The translations under genes and the position numbers were made by a program. This document shows, one piece after another, positions 25,498-38,534 of a DNA stretch of 64,000 bases. The stretch covers positions 4,836,001 to 4,900,000 of the forward strand of contig NW_027139581.1 in assembly GCF_035084215.1 (NCBI RefSeq), in the 5' to 3' direction. Position 1 is the first letter of the stretch, and each line of letters begins with the position of its first letter. Source of the stretch: Heptranchias perlo. Taxonomy: Eukaryota. A model generated the notes under the pieces. The model saw nothing but the letters and a program-made list of their open reading frames with translations. It did no database searches and was not told the DNA's origin.

Positions 25498-26099
25498 TAA
25501 ATGTCAACATTTGAAAATACAAGTTGCGACATGTTAAAAGCTCAGAGATTAATGCGTCTGTAGAACATTGCTCTGGTCATTGCTTTAACCTGTTTACTTT
25601 ACATGGGTTAAATGTTCCACAAAGTTGACATCCAGAGGAACACCAGCCTCTTTAGGAATGTTCGACTGATTTCTGCAGCCGAACTGGGTTCTTAATTTTC
25701 ATCTTTTTTCCACTTTGATACAAATAACATCTGTTCTAATTGAACAAAACCGCCACCGATGCCAATGTTCGAGACATTTCTATTTCTTTGGACCAACTGT
25801 CAATATTCTGAAAATTAAACATATTTGTGAGATCAAACAAATCAATAACTGACGTTGATGATCTGGGTTTGCTGCCGTGAACATTTCACCGAAACCAAAG
25901 GCGCTTATGTAAATAATCACAGAAATAGAAGTCCCAGATTAGAGTGTTGAGCACCGAAAATCAGCACCACATGTTCCCCCAACACAACCCAGAATAAAGA
26001 GAGAGAGAAATGCAAATCTCTCAACGAATTCAAACAACAATTGTTTTTGGTCCATTTCTATAAGTTATCGGAGAATTAAATAAAGATAATATCGACGTT

Positions 26100-27732
26100 C
26101 ATAATCATGGAATCATAGAAAGATTACAGCACGGACGGAAGCCATTCGGTCCGTCGAGTCCGTGCCAGCTCTCTGCAAGAGCAATCCAGCTAGTCCCACT
26201 CCTCCGCCCTATCTCGGTATCCCTACAATGTTTTTCCCTTCAAGTACTTATCCAGTTCCCTTTTGACGGTCATGATTTAATCTGCCTCCACCACCCCATC
26301 AGGCAGTGCATTCCAGATCACAACCACTCGCTGTGCAAAAAAAGTTTTTTCTCATGTCGCCTTTGATTCTTTTGCCAAACTCCTTAAATCTATACCCTCT
26401 GATTCATGTCCCCTCCGCCAATGGGAACAGTTTCTCTCGACCTACTCTCTCCAGAGCCTTCATGATTCTGAATACCTTTATCAAATCTCCTCGCAACCTT
26501 CTCTGCTCCAAGAAGCACATCCTCAGCTTTTCCAGTCTATGCAGGTAATTGAAGTCCCTCATCCCTGGAATCATTCCAGTAAATCTCTTCTACACCCTCT
26601 CCAAGGCCTTCACATCCTTCCGAAAGTGTGATGCCCAGAACTGGACACAATACTGCAGTTGTGGTCGAACCAATGTTTTATAAAGGTTCATCACAATCTC
26701 TTTAGTTTTGGACTCAATGCCTCTATTTATAGAGACCAGGATCCCCTCTGCTTTCTTAACCACTTTCTCAACCTGCCCTGCCACCTTCAACGATTTTTGC
26801 ACATGTACCCCCAGATCTCTCTGTTCCTGCACCCTTTTTAGAATTGTGCCCTTCAGTTTATATTGCCTCTCCTCATTCTTCCTACCGAAATGTATCACTT
26901 CACACCTTTCTGTGATAAATTTCACCTGCTATGTGTCCGCCCATTTCACCAGCATGTCTATATCCTCTTGCAGTCTATCACCATCCTCCGCACTGTTCAC
27001 TACACTTCCAAGTTTTGTTTCATCTGCAAATTTTGAAATTGTGCCCTGTACACCCAAGTCCAAGTCATTAATATATATCAAAAAAAGCAATGGCCCGAGT
27101 ACCGACCCTTGGGGAACACCACTGTGCACCTCCCTCCAGTCCGAAAAACAACCGTTCACCACTACTCTCTGTTTCCTATTACTTAGCCAATTTCGTACCC
27201 ATGCTGCCACTGCCTCATTTATTCCATGGGCTTCAACTTTGATGACAAGCCTACTATGCGGCACTTTGTCAAACGCCTTTTGGAAGTCCACATACACCAC
27301 ATTAACTGCATTGCTTTCATCGACTTTCTCTGCTCCCTCATTAAAAAACTCAACCAAATTGATTTAACACGTTTTAACAAATCCGTGCTGGCTTTCCTTA
27401 ATTCAACCACACCTGTCCAAGTGACTGTTAATTTTGTCCTGGATTATCATTTCTAACGGATTCCCCACTATCGAGGTTAAGCTGACTGGCCTGTAGTTGC
27501 TGGGTTTATCCTTGCACCCTTTTTTGAGCAAGGGTGTAACATTTGCAATTCTCCATTCCTCAGGCACCACCCCCGTATCTAAGGATGATTGGAAGATTGT
27601 GGCCAGCACCTCCGCCATTTCCACCTTTACTCCCCTCAGCAACCGAGGGTGCATCCCATCGGGATCGCGTGCCTCATCTACATTAAGTACAGCGGGCCTT
27701 TCTAGTACCTGTTCTTTCTCAATTTTTAGCCT
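26100..27732 (-). mobile_element. CR1 LINE, 5'-truncated
   Basis: ORFs 27403..27654, 26929..27357 ([29 protein letters not shown]) and 26590..26925. Confidence 0.93.
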
Positions 27733-27744
27733 AATGGATAAGGA

Positions 27745-28105
27745 TTCCCTCTCGTATTATGGGGAAGTACTGAGGGAGCATTACTCTGCACCTATCCCAT
27801 GCTGTATATGAATTGAGAGTGTTTGATCCGGTTGCATCGGAATGAGTTGTACCTTGATTCCAACCTGTATTCTGTCTGACTGAGGCGTGTTTGATGGAAA
27901 ACTGTAGGAGGAGCTATTTTTTCATGTAACTCTATCTGTGTTACCTGGGAATGCTTATTGGGGTCGTTTAACGTGCTTTGTTTTTGTCTCCAACAAGTAT
28001 TGTGTTTTAAGTAGGTCTCTTTAACGGGACAGTGTGGGAGCAGATTAATTTTTCAGATAACTTGTGTTGTGCCTGATCTGGGAGTGTTTAATGGGACAGT
28101 GCGAC
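27745..28105. repeat. Decayed copies of the 67-bp repeat in reverse orientation
   Basis: gggagtgtttaatgggacagtg and gtgtttgatgga fragments. Confidence 0.55.
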
Positions 28106-29034
28106 TCGTTTACCTCAGCAACATGTTTACAATAAGTGCAACTTCATGCCTATTGCATTAGGGTGTTGTCAGTATGACGTGTTTACATTAACAACACGTC
28201 ATCGTCGCGTGACATCATCGCAGAGACAATGCCGCGTCATCAGTGTCACTTGAGCGCTGTAGCAACATCGGTGCACCCTCCTAATCTCAGCAAACACGGA
28301 GTGCTCAATGTGACCTTATCAGTATGGTAAACAAGGGGTGAAATTGGACATGGTGGGGATGGGGGAGGAGGCGGGAGAGTGTGGCGGGGGGGGGGCGCAA
28401 AACGGACGATATTGAAATTGACACCCTTTTTACGTCCCGCCCGATAGTCCAACCCCTGTAATTCCACAGGATTGAGTATCAGGCGTGTCCTATAACGGGC
28501 GGAAAACACAATGTAATTTCTTTAATGGAAGAAAAATCAGGGGCTGCTGGCGTGCACACTTGCGACAAGCTGTACAGCTGAAACAGAAAATGCATATCCA
28601 TGTTTAAAGGCTGAAGGCATTACATATCGGCGTGGGGTGATCAGCAGGCCCTGGTAGTACGTATCCAAAAATTGGAAGAGGTTGCGAGGGAAATAGTGGA
28701 GGTAATGGTCAAAAAAAGACTGTGGAAACAGAAATAGTACGAAAGTCGCTGGAGAGTAGCAAGTGTTGCATTCCCCTCCCATTAACGGAAATAATTAAGT
28801 TCGAGAATTACACACTTATTAACGTTACATTCATTTCTACCATCACTTGCACAAATCATCACACACTCCAGGTTTATATCATGAACTTTTGTGTGATGCT
28901 GAGATGATCACTTGACAATAAATCAGAGAGATTCCATGGTAGCAGGCGTTTGAGTTCCCTCAATGCACCGTCCCCAATGAATATTCTATCCCTGGAACGT
29001 TAAAGAGGAACATTTCACCGCTGCAGTCCATTAT

Positions 29035-30600
29035 ACGGGATGATATTAATGAACACTTAGAAAGGCGAGGGCTGATCAGGGACAGACAGCATGGATCTAT
29101 CAAGTGCAGGTTGTGCTTGAGGATTTCAACTGGAGCAGAGATGAAGGGAAAGGGCCTGTTTTGTGTCTATGGATTTTCAGGAAACGTTTCCTAAGGTGTT
29201 ACATTAGAGACTTGTTGCAAAAAGGAAGGCATATGGTAGTGAAGGGAATGTGGCTATTCGGACAGAGCGGTGGCTGAGGGGCTAAAGTGAAAGTGTAGGT
29301 GTAACTGGATTTTGTTTTTGCATTCACAGGAGGTGGTCAGTGGCAGACTATAGGGATCTGTGCTCCGGCCCCTTTTGTTTTATGTTTTTGTTGACATTTA
29401 CACAAATGGTTTGGATATAGACAAAAGACGAATGCGATCACAGTTTGCTGATGGTTCCAAATTATAATCCCAAAGCTATGAAGAATAATTCAGAAGATTA
29501 CAGGACTTGGGCCGGTTAGTCGAAAGATGAGATAGGTGACAAATGCTGTCGAATGCAAGGAAATGTGAAGTAACACATTTGTGGGAAAAAAATATTGAAA
29601 GCTAGTATAATACAAACAGCAACACACTTGAGAGTTGGAGGGAGAGATCATCAGAGAATCATAGAGCTCATAAGGAGAAGATTAGGCCCATTGTGCTGGT
29701 TCTTTGAAAGAGCTATCCAATTAGTCGCATTCCCCTGCCAAGGAAACTGTCTGCTTTTTAACAACTTTATCAATTTGTTCTGCCACCTTCAAAGATTTGT
29801 GTACGCGCACCCCAGGTCTCCCTGTTCCTGCAACCCCTTTAAATTGTACCATATATATTGCGTCTCCTCATTCCTCCTTCCAAAATTCATCACGACACAC
29901 TTCTCTCCGTTAATTTTCATCAGTCATGTGTCTGCCCATTTCATCAGTCTGACTATGCCTTACTTAAGACTGGTACTATCCTCCTCACTGTTCACTGCAT
30001 TTCCGAGTTTTGCGCCATCTGCAAACTATACCCAAGTCCAGGTCATTAATATATATTAAAAAGAGCTTGCTAATACCGACCTCTGGGGACACCACTTTAT
30101 ACTTCCCTCCAGTCTGATAAACAAGCGCTCACCTCTGATATATTTATAAATATATATAACACAGAGAGTACGGACATTAAAGGGAATAAAAAGGTGACTG
30201 TATTACTGAGTTTCATACATTGGGTCATTGAATTTAAAAGCTAGGACGTTATGTTACATTTGTACAAATCATTGGCGATTTGTATTGAGTTCTGAGTACC
30301 TCGTTATAGCAATGATATCAAATCCATGGAAAGATACATCGAAAATTCTATAGTTATGGTTGAAACAGTTGATGTTGTTCCCTTCCCCCTTGCCCCACAG
30401 AGATAGAGATGATTAAGTGAAGGGACAAAGAGCTTTTCAAAGTTCTGAAAAATTTTGAAAGGGTAAATAATAAAAGATTGCTTCCACTGGTTGGCCATTC
30501 ACGCGGTATGGGATCAGTGTTATCACGAGGAGAGCAGGAGGATGTGCTGGGAGATTTCTTTTCACGCAGAAGGTTCCTGGATTGTTTTAGCCATCTCCAC
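29035..30600. mobile_element. Ancient + strand CR1 remnant with a nested minus-strand CR1 (about 29650-30135)
   Basis: Decayed cagcatgga/ggattttcag/tttgctgatg RT-coding motifs. The nested copy begins at agaatcataga. Confidence 0.6.
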
Positions 30601-31590
30601 GATTGAAGGTGAACCGATATCCTCACTTACAAGGTTATTGGTTATGTAATTGCGAGGAAGAACATCGAAAATACACCGTAAATCGCAGGAACATGAAATC
30701 CGAAGGCACATTTGAAGGGGAAGCGCCGCTGTTGCCAAACGGCGGCCTTCAGTGTCGCACCTTATATGATTCTAGGATAGGTTTAGCTATTCATTTTGTG
30801 ATCTCATCACTTTTCCAACAGAACACTTGGGACAAGCTTGCCTTGTTAACAGGATGGTCAGCGTGACATCGTTTTCTAAAGACGAGCACTCAGGGGAATG
30901 AGTTATAAATAAATGTTAAAGATATAAACGATCTGTAATGATATTTTTAATATCAGAAAATAAAATGCTGAAAATAATTGGTGAAGATAATAATTTATCT
31001 TTGTGGAATGTACTTGTAACCATTAAGAATGATATTCGTTGTACACTCACACACACACATATACAAATAGCAAACACTTTGATTGGGCTCTTTTCAGTTG
31101 TTCCTTTTAACCAGATGAGAGTTAGAGCAGTTTGAGGGATTTAGGACCCTGCAGCAGCCCAAACGGCGGTGCTGTGAGTGCACAGTTCCGGGCTCTGCCT
31201 AACAGAATCAGTGTTAGCTAATTAGAAAATACTGCAAGAAAAAGATCCTTCACATAAAAACAACTGCGATCAATTGGCACAGTTCAATACAAGTGTGAAT
31301 TATTAAACATTCACACAGCAGATTTTGCCACAAAGTAGCGCTGTTCCTGCCCTATAGTCTCACTCAATCCCCAATCGTCTCTGGAAGATTGTTGCAAGAT
31401 TCATCCCCAGCCTTTCAAAGCGAATATTACGACATAATAGTAGATACATTACAAATTGCACGCAGCTGCTGATAGTTATTAACAAGAATAAACGTATGCG
31501 CCAAACCAAAAATTATTGTATGCTCCCACCCTCGCAAAATATATATTTATATATATTTATGTTAGTGTCCGTCCGTGTGTCAGTCTGTCT

Positions 31591-31722
31591 NNNNNNNNNN
31601 NNNNNNNNNNNNNNNNNNNNNNNNNNNNNNNNNNNNNNNNNNNNNNNNNNNNNNNNNNNNNNNNNNNNNNNNNNNNNNNNNNNNNNNNNNNNNNNNNNNN
31701 NNNNNNNNNNNNNNNNNNNNNN
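31591..31722. other. Assembly gap
   Basis: Run of N. Confidence 0.99.
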
Positions 31723-32964
31723 TGTAAAGGATATATTACACAGATACACAGATTGATAGATATTGCAGGGCGCACTGTTATGAAGAAAATAGCTTGACCA
31801 AAATTGATCAACGTGAAGCACATGCCACAATCTCAGTAATATCTTTTGGGATATGTTCAAACTGATTGAAACAAAGAGAAGCCTGTCTGAGGGATGGAGA
31901 TTCCCTTCCCTCCTGTTTCACATTTCAGCTGCCCTGCTGTCCGGCGAATTGAGAGCAGCAGCGGGAGAAAATCACTTGGATTGGTCTGGCGCGGCCCCTA
32001 ATGGACGTTCTCAAGTTCGCATCGGTGTCGCTGAGAGTCAGCTCTTTGTCGGCCCCGTGTGAGCGTGCGCATGCGTGCCCGAGACATTCATGGAAATGCA
32101 GCTCAATTTCAAAGGGAATAGTTCGTCATCATTATTTAGTGGAAAACAAAATCACTAAAAAGCTACTAGTAGCAGCGAACTCATAAAAAGATATTCTGCA
32201 ACTCAATGACTTTGATCTAACTTTCATGGACCTTCTTTATAGGTTCAAAGCCAATAAGTCGGCAGGGACAAATGTTGTATCGTTCAGGCCCCAAAGCTTG
32301 AGCGGGGCCGAGGTCAAACCCCCAGCGCTCCCTCCACGTGGACTCCACGACAGGGGCGAAGGAGCTGCCAACAATTCTGTAAATGATCTCGAGAGGTGGA
32401 AAATCGGCAGGGGTAAGAGTCACCTCTTTGTAGTTGGCAGAAATCCCGCAACGTCGAAGATACGGCCCAACTTCACAATACAATTACTCCTGGGCCAAGA
32501 TCTATCAATGGTTGACAGTAATAATCAATGAGTGAATAAATGCAGGAGAGGTTCGACTGCAACGAGAACTAGCCAATGTCGGACCTATTTCAAGGAAGGT
32601 GACAAAACAAATTGTTCGCTTTCGGCAAACTAATTTTACAGCAGTGCAGCAGAATCATTGAAAGGGACCAGAAAGAACAACATTGAGAAGAGGTTATACC
32701 GAAATTCTCCAGGAAGTGTCAGTCCAGGAATTTCGAGAGGGACAGATCCTGTCTTGTCAAACCTCTTGACTTTTTTCAGGATGTGACATTTCAAGTGGAC
32801 ATTGGACATTCGTATGCTCTGTTATAGGTACATAGGAATACAGGGATTACAGAGAGAAACGGTAATTGCAGCCCATCTTACTGATCCCAGTACTTAGTGA
32901 ATATAATGCACAATACCTTTCATCCACCTCATGATCAGTCATGATCTATTTGAGTGTCGGAACA

Positions 32965-33250
32965 GGCTCGAAGGACACCAATAGAGGGAGATAGCTAAAG
33001 CTGTGATTGAGTACAGTGATACAGAGAGACACCAACAGAGGGAGATAGATAAAGGTGTGACTGAGTACAGTGAACGATACAGAGACACCAACAGAGGGAG
33101 ATAGATAAAGGTGTGACTGAGTACAGTGAACGATACAGCGAGACAACAACATCGGTAGATAGGCAAATGTGTGAATGAGTACAGTGAACGATTCTGAGAG
33201 ACACCAACAGAGGGAGAACGATGAAGGTGTGACTGAGTGCAGTGACTATG
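32965..33250. repeat. 56-bp minisatellite, about 5 copies
   Basis: Unit gagacaccaacagagggagatagataaaggtgtgactgagtacagtgaacgataca. Confidence 0.9.
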
Positions 33251-33574
33251 ATCCACATGCCTTAATCACACCATCATCCTTTAACGCCTTTCCTCTGTTG
33301 TCCAGCTTGGCGGGACTCACCTTGCTTCGGTCAACCTTGCCTACCTTATTGTAACCAGAGTATCTTTACCAATGATTTCTCTTCCGACCTCCATACCGTC
33401 AAGTCACTTCCTCATTCTCTTATAGACAATTTAAATTGATGACCCCTCATCACTGACTCCCCAAATGGAGGTAATAGTCTTCCCTTATGGACTCACTCAA
33501 AACACTTTCTAATTTTCTACAAGGTCTTGACAAAGTCATACTTGGAGAATTGCATTCATACTGATGCCCATACA

Positions 33575-35130
33575 TGTTGGAGGGGAATATAGAGGGGGAT
33601 ATCGATGGGAACATAGAGGGGGATATAGAGGGGGATATAGAGGGGGTTATAGAAGGGGATATAGAGGGGGATATGGAGGGGAATGTAGAAGGAAATATCG
33701 AGCGGATTATAGAGAGGGATATGGAGAGTGGGAAATAGAGGGGATTATAGAGGGGACAAAGGAGAGGGGATATAGCAGAGGATATAGAGGGAGATATAGA
33801 GGCGAAATAGAGGGAATATAGAAGGGCATATAAATGGGAATATAGAGGAGAATATGGAGAGCGAAATAGAGGGAATATAGAGGGGGATAAAGAGGGAATA
33901 TAGAGTGGAATATAAAGGGGGATATAGATGGGAATATAGAGGGGGATATAGAGAGGAATATAGAGGGATATATAGAGGGGGATATAGACTGGAATACAGA
34001 GCGAATATAGATGGGTATTATAGAGGGGAAAATAGATGGCAATATAGAGGGAGATATAGAGGGGATATAGACTGGAATATAGAGGGGAATATAGAGGGGA
34101 ATTATAGAGGGGAATATAGATGGCAATATAGAGGGGGATATAGACAGGAATATAGAGGGGAATATGCAGGGTTATATAGTGAGGATTATAGAGGTGGAAT
34201 ATAGAGAGGAATATAGAGGGGATATAGTGGGGGATATAAAGGGGGATATAGAGGGTGATGTAGAGGGACATATCGAAGGGATTATCGTGGGGGAATATAG
34301 TGGGATTATAGAGGGGCAATGTCGATGGGATATAGAGGGCGATATAGAGGGGAAAATAGAGGGGGATACAGAGGGGAACGTGGAGGGGGACATTGAGGGA
34401 ATATTGAGGGGATTATAGAGGGGGATATAGAGGGACTTATAGAGGGGCGTATTGGGGGATTTAGAGTGGGAAATAGAGGGAGGTATAAGGGGGAATCGAT
34501 AGGGGGATATCGAGGAGAGTTTATGGGGGGATATAGAGAGGGAAAGAGAGAGATATAAAGGGGATATGTGGGAAATGTAGAGCGGAATATGGAGGGAATA
34601 TAGAGGGGGAAATAGAGGTGAATATAGAAGGGAATACAGATGGGAATATAGAGGAAATATAGAGGGAAATATAGAGGGGAATATAGAGGGGGATATAGAG
34701 AGGAAAATGGAGGGGAATGTAGAGTGGAATATAGAGGGAATATGGAGGGGAATATAGAGGGGGAATGTAGATGGGACGAAAGAGGGGAAATCGAGATAAT
34801 ATAGAAGGGATTAGAGAGGAGGAATATAGAGAGGAATCTAGAGGGGTATAGAGAGGGGAGATAGAGGGGTATTTAGAGAGGGATATAGAGGGTGATGTAG
34901 AGGGGGTAAAGAGGGATTATAGAGGGGCATATAGAGGAGAATATAAAGTAGATTATAGAGGGGAATGAAAAGGGGGATTATAGAGGGAATATAGATATGG
35001 ATATAGAGGGTGATGTAGAGGGGGTAAAGAGGGAATAGAGAGGGATATAGAGGAGAATATAAAGTAGATTATAGAGAGGAATAAAGAGGGGGAATATTGA
35101 AGGAATATAGAGATGGATATAGAGGGGACC
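33575..35130 (+). repeat. Purine/G-rich ~12-bp minisatellite (ATATAGAGGGGG variants)
   Basis: Directly visible, with 4-aa periodicity (GGYR, PLYI) in overlapping ORFs. Confidence 0.95.
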
Positions 35131-37109
35131 ATCATGGCCCTAAGGAGGTGCAGACCAGGGCAAGTAAAATGGCACCCAGTCTCAGGGTATTTAGGTATCA
35201 GGCTCGGCTGAAGGAGTTGGAGCTATTTTCATGAGTGAACTCAGGCTTAGAGCAGATGTGACAGAATTTTATATTTTATTTGAAGGAAATAGATTGTGAT
35301 GAATTGATGGGATATTTGAGACGGAGAGCAATGGAAGAAGTACATTATATGCTTCTTAAACAGGTAGGCAAAGAATTAAGGCAGCTGTTCGGAAGTTATC
35401 TTTTAACAGACAGTCTAACTGCACCAGTCTCACAGTAAAATGGGAAGAAGGGAGACATGGAGAAAGAAAGGGTTTTAAAGACCGACCACGTTTCTGTTGT
35501 AATTGACTGAATTCAAATAAAGACAGTGTGAAACCTTTTGTCACACACAGATTGACACATGTTGCATGTCTGAGACTCTATCTCTCCTCAACCCGGTCAG
35601 ATTTCCGCTTTATCTCTTTCTGATGAAGATTTGCCCTGATCAGACTAGACTTACAAGAAGCGGATGGAAAGCCTCAGCCTTCTATTAATGAATAGGTAGA
35701 GCAACTCAGGCAATTGGATGTGGATATTGTAGGAGGCCGTATTATCCTGCAAATCAGGAGGGATTGGGGGAATGATTCAGGCAGCGCTTGTGATGAGGGG
35801 CCTACCTCAGTCTAGGAAACAAAATTCATGCAAAAATGTGAATGTACACAAGCACCTTTTACATCCCACAAATCGATCCAAATCTACCCGTCCTGCAATC
35901 CATCCATCCATTGTTCCGTCCGTCCGTCCATCTCAATTATCTATCAATTACCCTACAACTTCATTGTGCATAATTATAGCTTCTGTTCCGGTTTTCGGCC
36001 CGGTTGGTGACTGAACCGCTGAGCTAACTTCCCTCCACGGCCATAAAAGTAATGACAGCTGCGCTTTATTAAAGTGCCTCAATCAATGGCCAATAATTCT
36101 GTCTTTAAAAATTGATCTCAATACAACTTAATACAACCAATGGGGTACGTTGTAACGTCAGTATCATTTGTTGCTGGGTAGATCTGTGTACCTTTAGGCT
36201 TTACTCACAATGAATGGAGGTTGAACTTGGCTTTCAACTCTGCGGTCAGTTGTCAGGAAACAGATCATGGATTTACTCCACAGAACCCGCAGATGCTTCT
36301 TGTAAATTACATTGTGAGTTTTCGCCATTTCCTGACAACAGTAAGACGGACTGCCCGCCAAGGAATGTTTTACAGATATGGCTTGAGTGTGGGTTTAAAC
36401 AAAACGAGGTTTAACTACTCAGCAAAAGCACGTCTTTAACATGCGATAACATCTAAAGTCTAATTGTCTGCAAATCCCCCCTGTACAATATAATAAAATG
36501 CGATTATAGAATGTGAGAACCTTGAGATATTATTTAAATAATTTTCAATCCCGAGTACAGACCATTCTGGCTTTGATTCTTTCCATAACCTACGATAATC
36601 CGGCAGTAGGCTGGGGAATATGTGTTACATCCACAAAAATATAAAGGCGGTTATTGATATGAGGAACAGAATAACCGATAAAATACAAGCATTTTATGAA
36701 ATGATTCTTTCTTTACAGGACTCGGGAATACTGAAAGCTGTTCGTTTATAATCAAAGCGAACAACAGCAACGAACACTGAGACGGGGAAATATAGTTACA
36801 AACAGATCTGGTCTGACTGTAATTCCAACACTGAATTCACGTTCAATTTAAAAAATGAAGTATATGTATATATATATATACATATATATACATATATATA
36901 TCCAGGGAACGTACCATATATAATATCATATATTTAATATATACACACAGAAAAAGTGTATATACATCCATTGACTGTGTGTAATTAAATTGCACAGCGC
37001 GCAGAATCTGTTGGTAATTATTCAGTTCCGTTGATTTGTAATTGGAATCAAAAGTTAGAAGAGGCGCTGTAAATTTTGAAATGAATTTACATGTACAGTT
37101 TCTGCGATA

Positions 37110-37238
37110 NNNNNNNNNNNNNNNNNNNNNNNNNNNNNNNNNNNNNNNNNNNNNNNNNNNNNNNNNNNNNNNNNNNNNNNNNNNNNNNNNNNNNNNNNNN
37201 NNNNNNNNNNNNNNNNNNNNNNNNNNNNNNNNNNNNNN
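37110..37238. other. Assembly gap
   Basis: Run of N. Confidence 0.99.
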
Positions 37239-38117
37239 CCCACGACACGAATTTTACCCAGCACTGGGAGTCACGTTCACTGGAACCAAAACAGCTGCAT
37301 CTCTGATTAATTCAACAATGAATCAAAGATCAGAGGTGACCTTTAACTGGAACGTGTGAAATAATAATCTCACTTTCCTTGTAAAAATTAAAAAATCTAT
37401 CCAACATAAATAAAACAATATCGACATTTAATATTTTTTGTTTCACACTTTTCAATAGTCTTTAATTTTTTAGTATTCAGGACATTTCCAATGTGCAATA
37501 TGGTAATTCTCATTAGAAATCAAGGCGTTTGAGAATTTAATTCTGAGGGAGACAGTTTTGGAGAAACTGTGTCGTCTCCTGCACAGACAGGTGGATTGCT
37601 TCACAATTTACAATCGTTCAATATCAGTAACTTTACCCCACTACCGATAGTAAAGTTAGTATCAGGGGCCCGAGTGATGGGGAGAGCTCACATTAAGTAA
37701 AGAACTGCATAGAAACGATATCTGAGACCTGAAAATAAATGCAATAGTTTCCCAAAGTTTGTTAAACATCCTATAGAAATGGTACAATAATAATTACTTC
37801 CTCTCTCCTTTTGCATTCTATTCAGTGAGACCAACTGTACAGGGAATAAAAATGTGGGAAGAATCAGACTCCTTATACTATCTTTTAAACTAAATTTGTT
37901 TTGGATTAACTGTATTATCCAGATCGATAATTAGCCAATACAAAGCAAAAGTAATTTTGAGAGGTGAGCACAGAAAATGGATTATTGGTGCTAATTTTTT
38001 GTTGATCGAAAATCAGACATTTGAGCTGAGAAAGGAAAAGAGAGGAGGAGCCAAACGACTGCTGAAGGAGGCGGGTGATTTCCAGCCCCGGACTTCAGCT
38101 CACGGAGCTCCAGGCCG

Positions 38118-38125
38118 TTTAAATA
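38118..38125 (+). promoter_or_regulatory. TATA-like box of the VH promoter
   Basis: TTTAAATA about 80 bp upstream of the leader ATG, in GC-richer flanks. Confidence 0.55.
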
Positions 38126-38200
38126 GTGGAGCGCTCGTCTTCAGGTCAGCAATCAGGAGGCTGTTGTGGGGAGCAGAGAGTTTGATCAAGAAACCAGACG

Positions 38201-38246
38201 ATGGCGCTTGGCTTCTACCTCTGTTTACTTCTGTCTTACTTTACCT
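38201..38246 (+). CDS. IGHV: IgH leader exon (MALGFYLCLLLSYFT, phase 1)
   Basis: ACGATGG start, hydrophobic signal peptide and donor GTGAGT at 38247. Splices in frame to the V exon, giving ...FTYVQC|NIVLTQ. Confidence 0.92.
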
Positions 38247-38534
38247 GTGAGTATTCTTTCCCTTTTCAGCTCTGGGTGGGGGAAATTCCTCTGATTGTAA
38301 TGTGAAGATTATCTCAGCGAAATTGCAAATACATCAGGAAAGAATCGATTTATCAGTTCTCCAGCATGACAACAAAATTAAACCTTCAATAATTCCTTCA
38401 AGATATTGTATAAAAAGAACGAGAAGAGGGATGATTAACCCAGCACTCGCTTTTAAATATTCTGTTTTACTTTTATGACTATCTTTAATTTTGCCTGTTT
38501 TAATTGACATCCGATCTTTTTCCCCCACTCTCAG

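Noticed and set aside
26010-26017. Canonical octamer ATGCAAAT
   Set aside because: Isolated, 12 kb from V, and with no adjacent leader or V; compatible with chance.
33450-34418. Gly/Tyr/Arg-rich and Pro/Ser/Ile-rich ORFs
   Set aside because: Artefacts of the 12-bp minisatellite.
1-38100. Additional V, D, J or C segments upstream of the cluster
   Set aside because: No Ig-domain motifs in any ORF or recognisable by eye. The two N gaps could hide sequence, so absence is not absolute.
37957-38250. 97-aa ORF overlapping the promoter and leader
   Set aside because: TTG start and a different frame from the leader; the ATG at 38201 with its splice donor explains the region.
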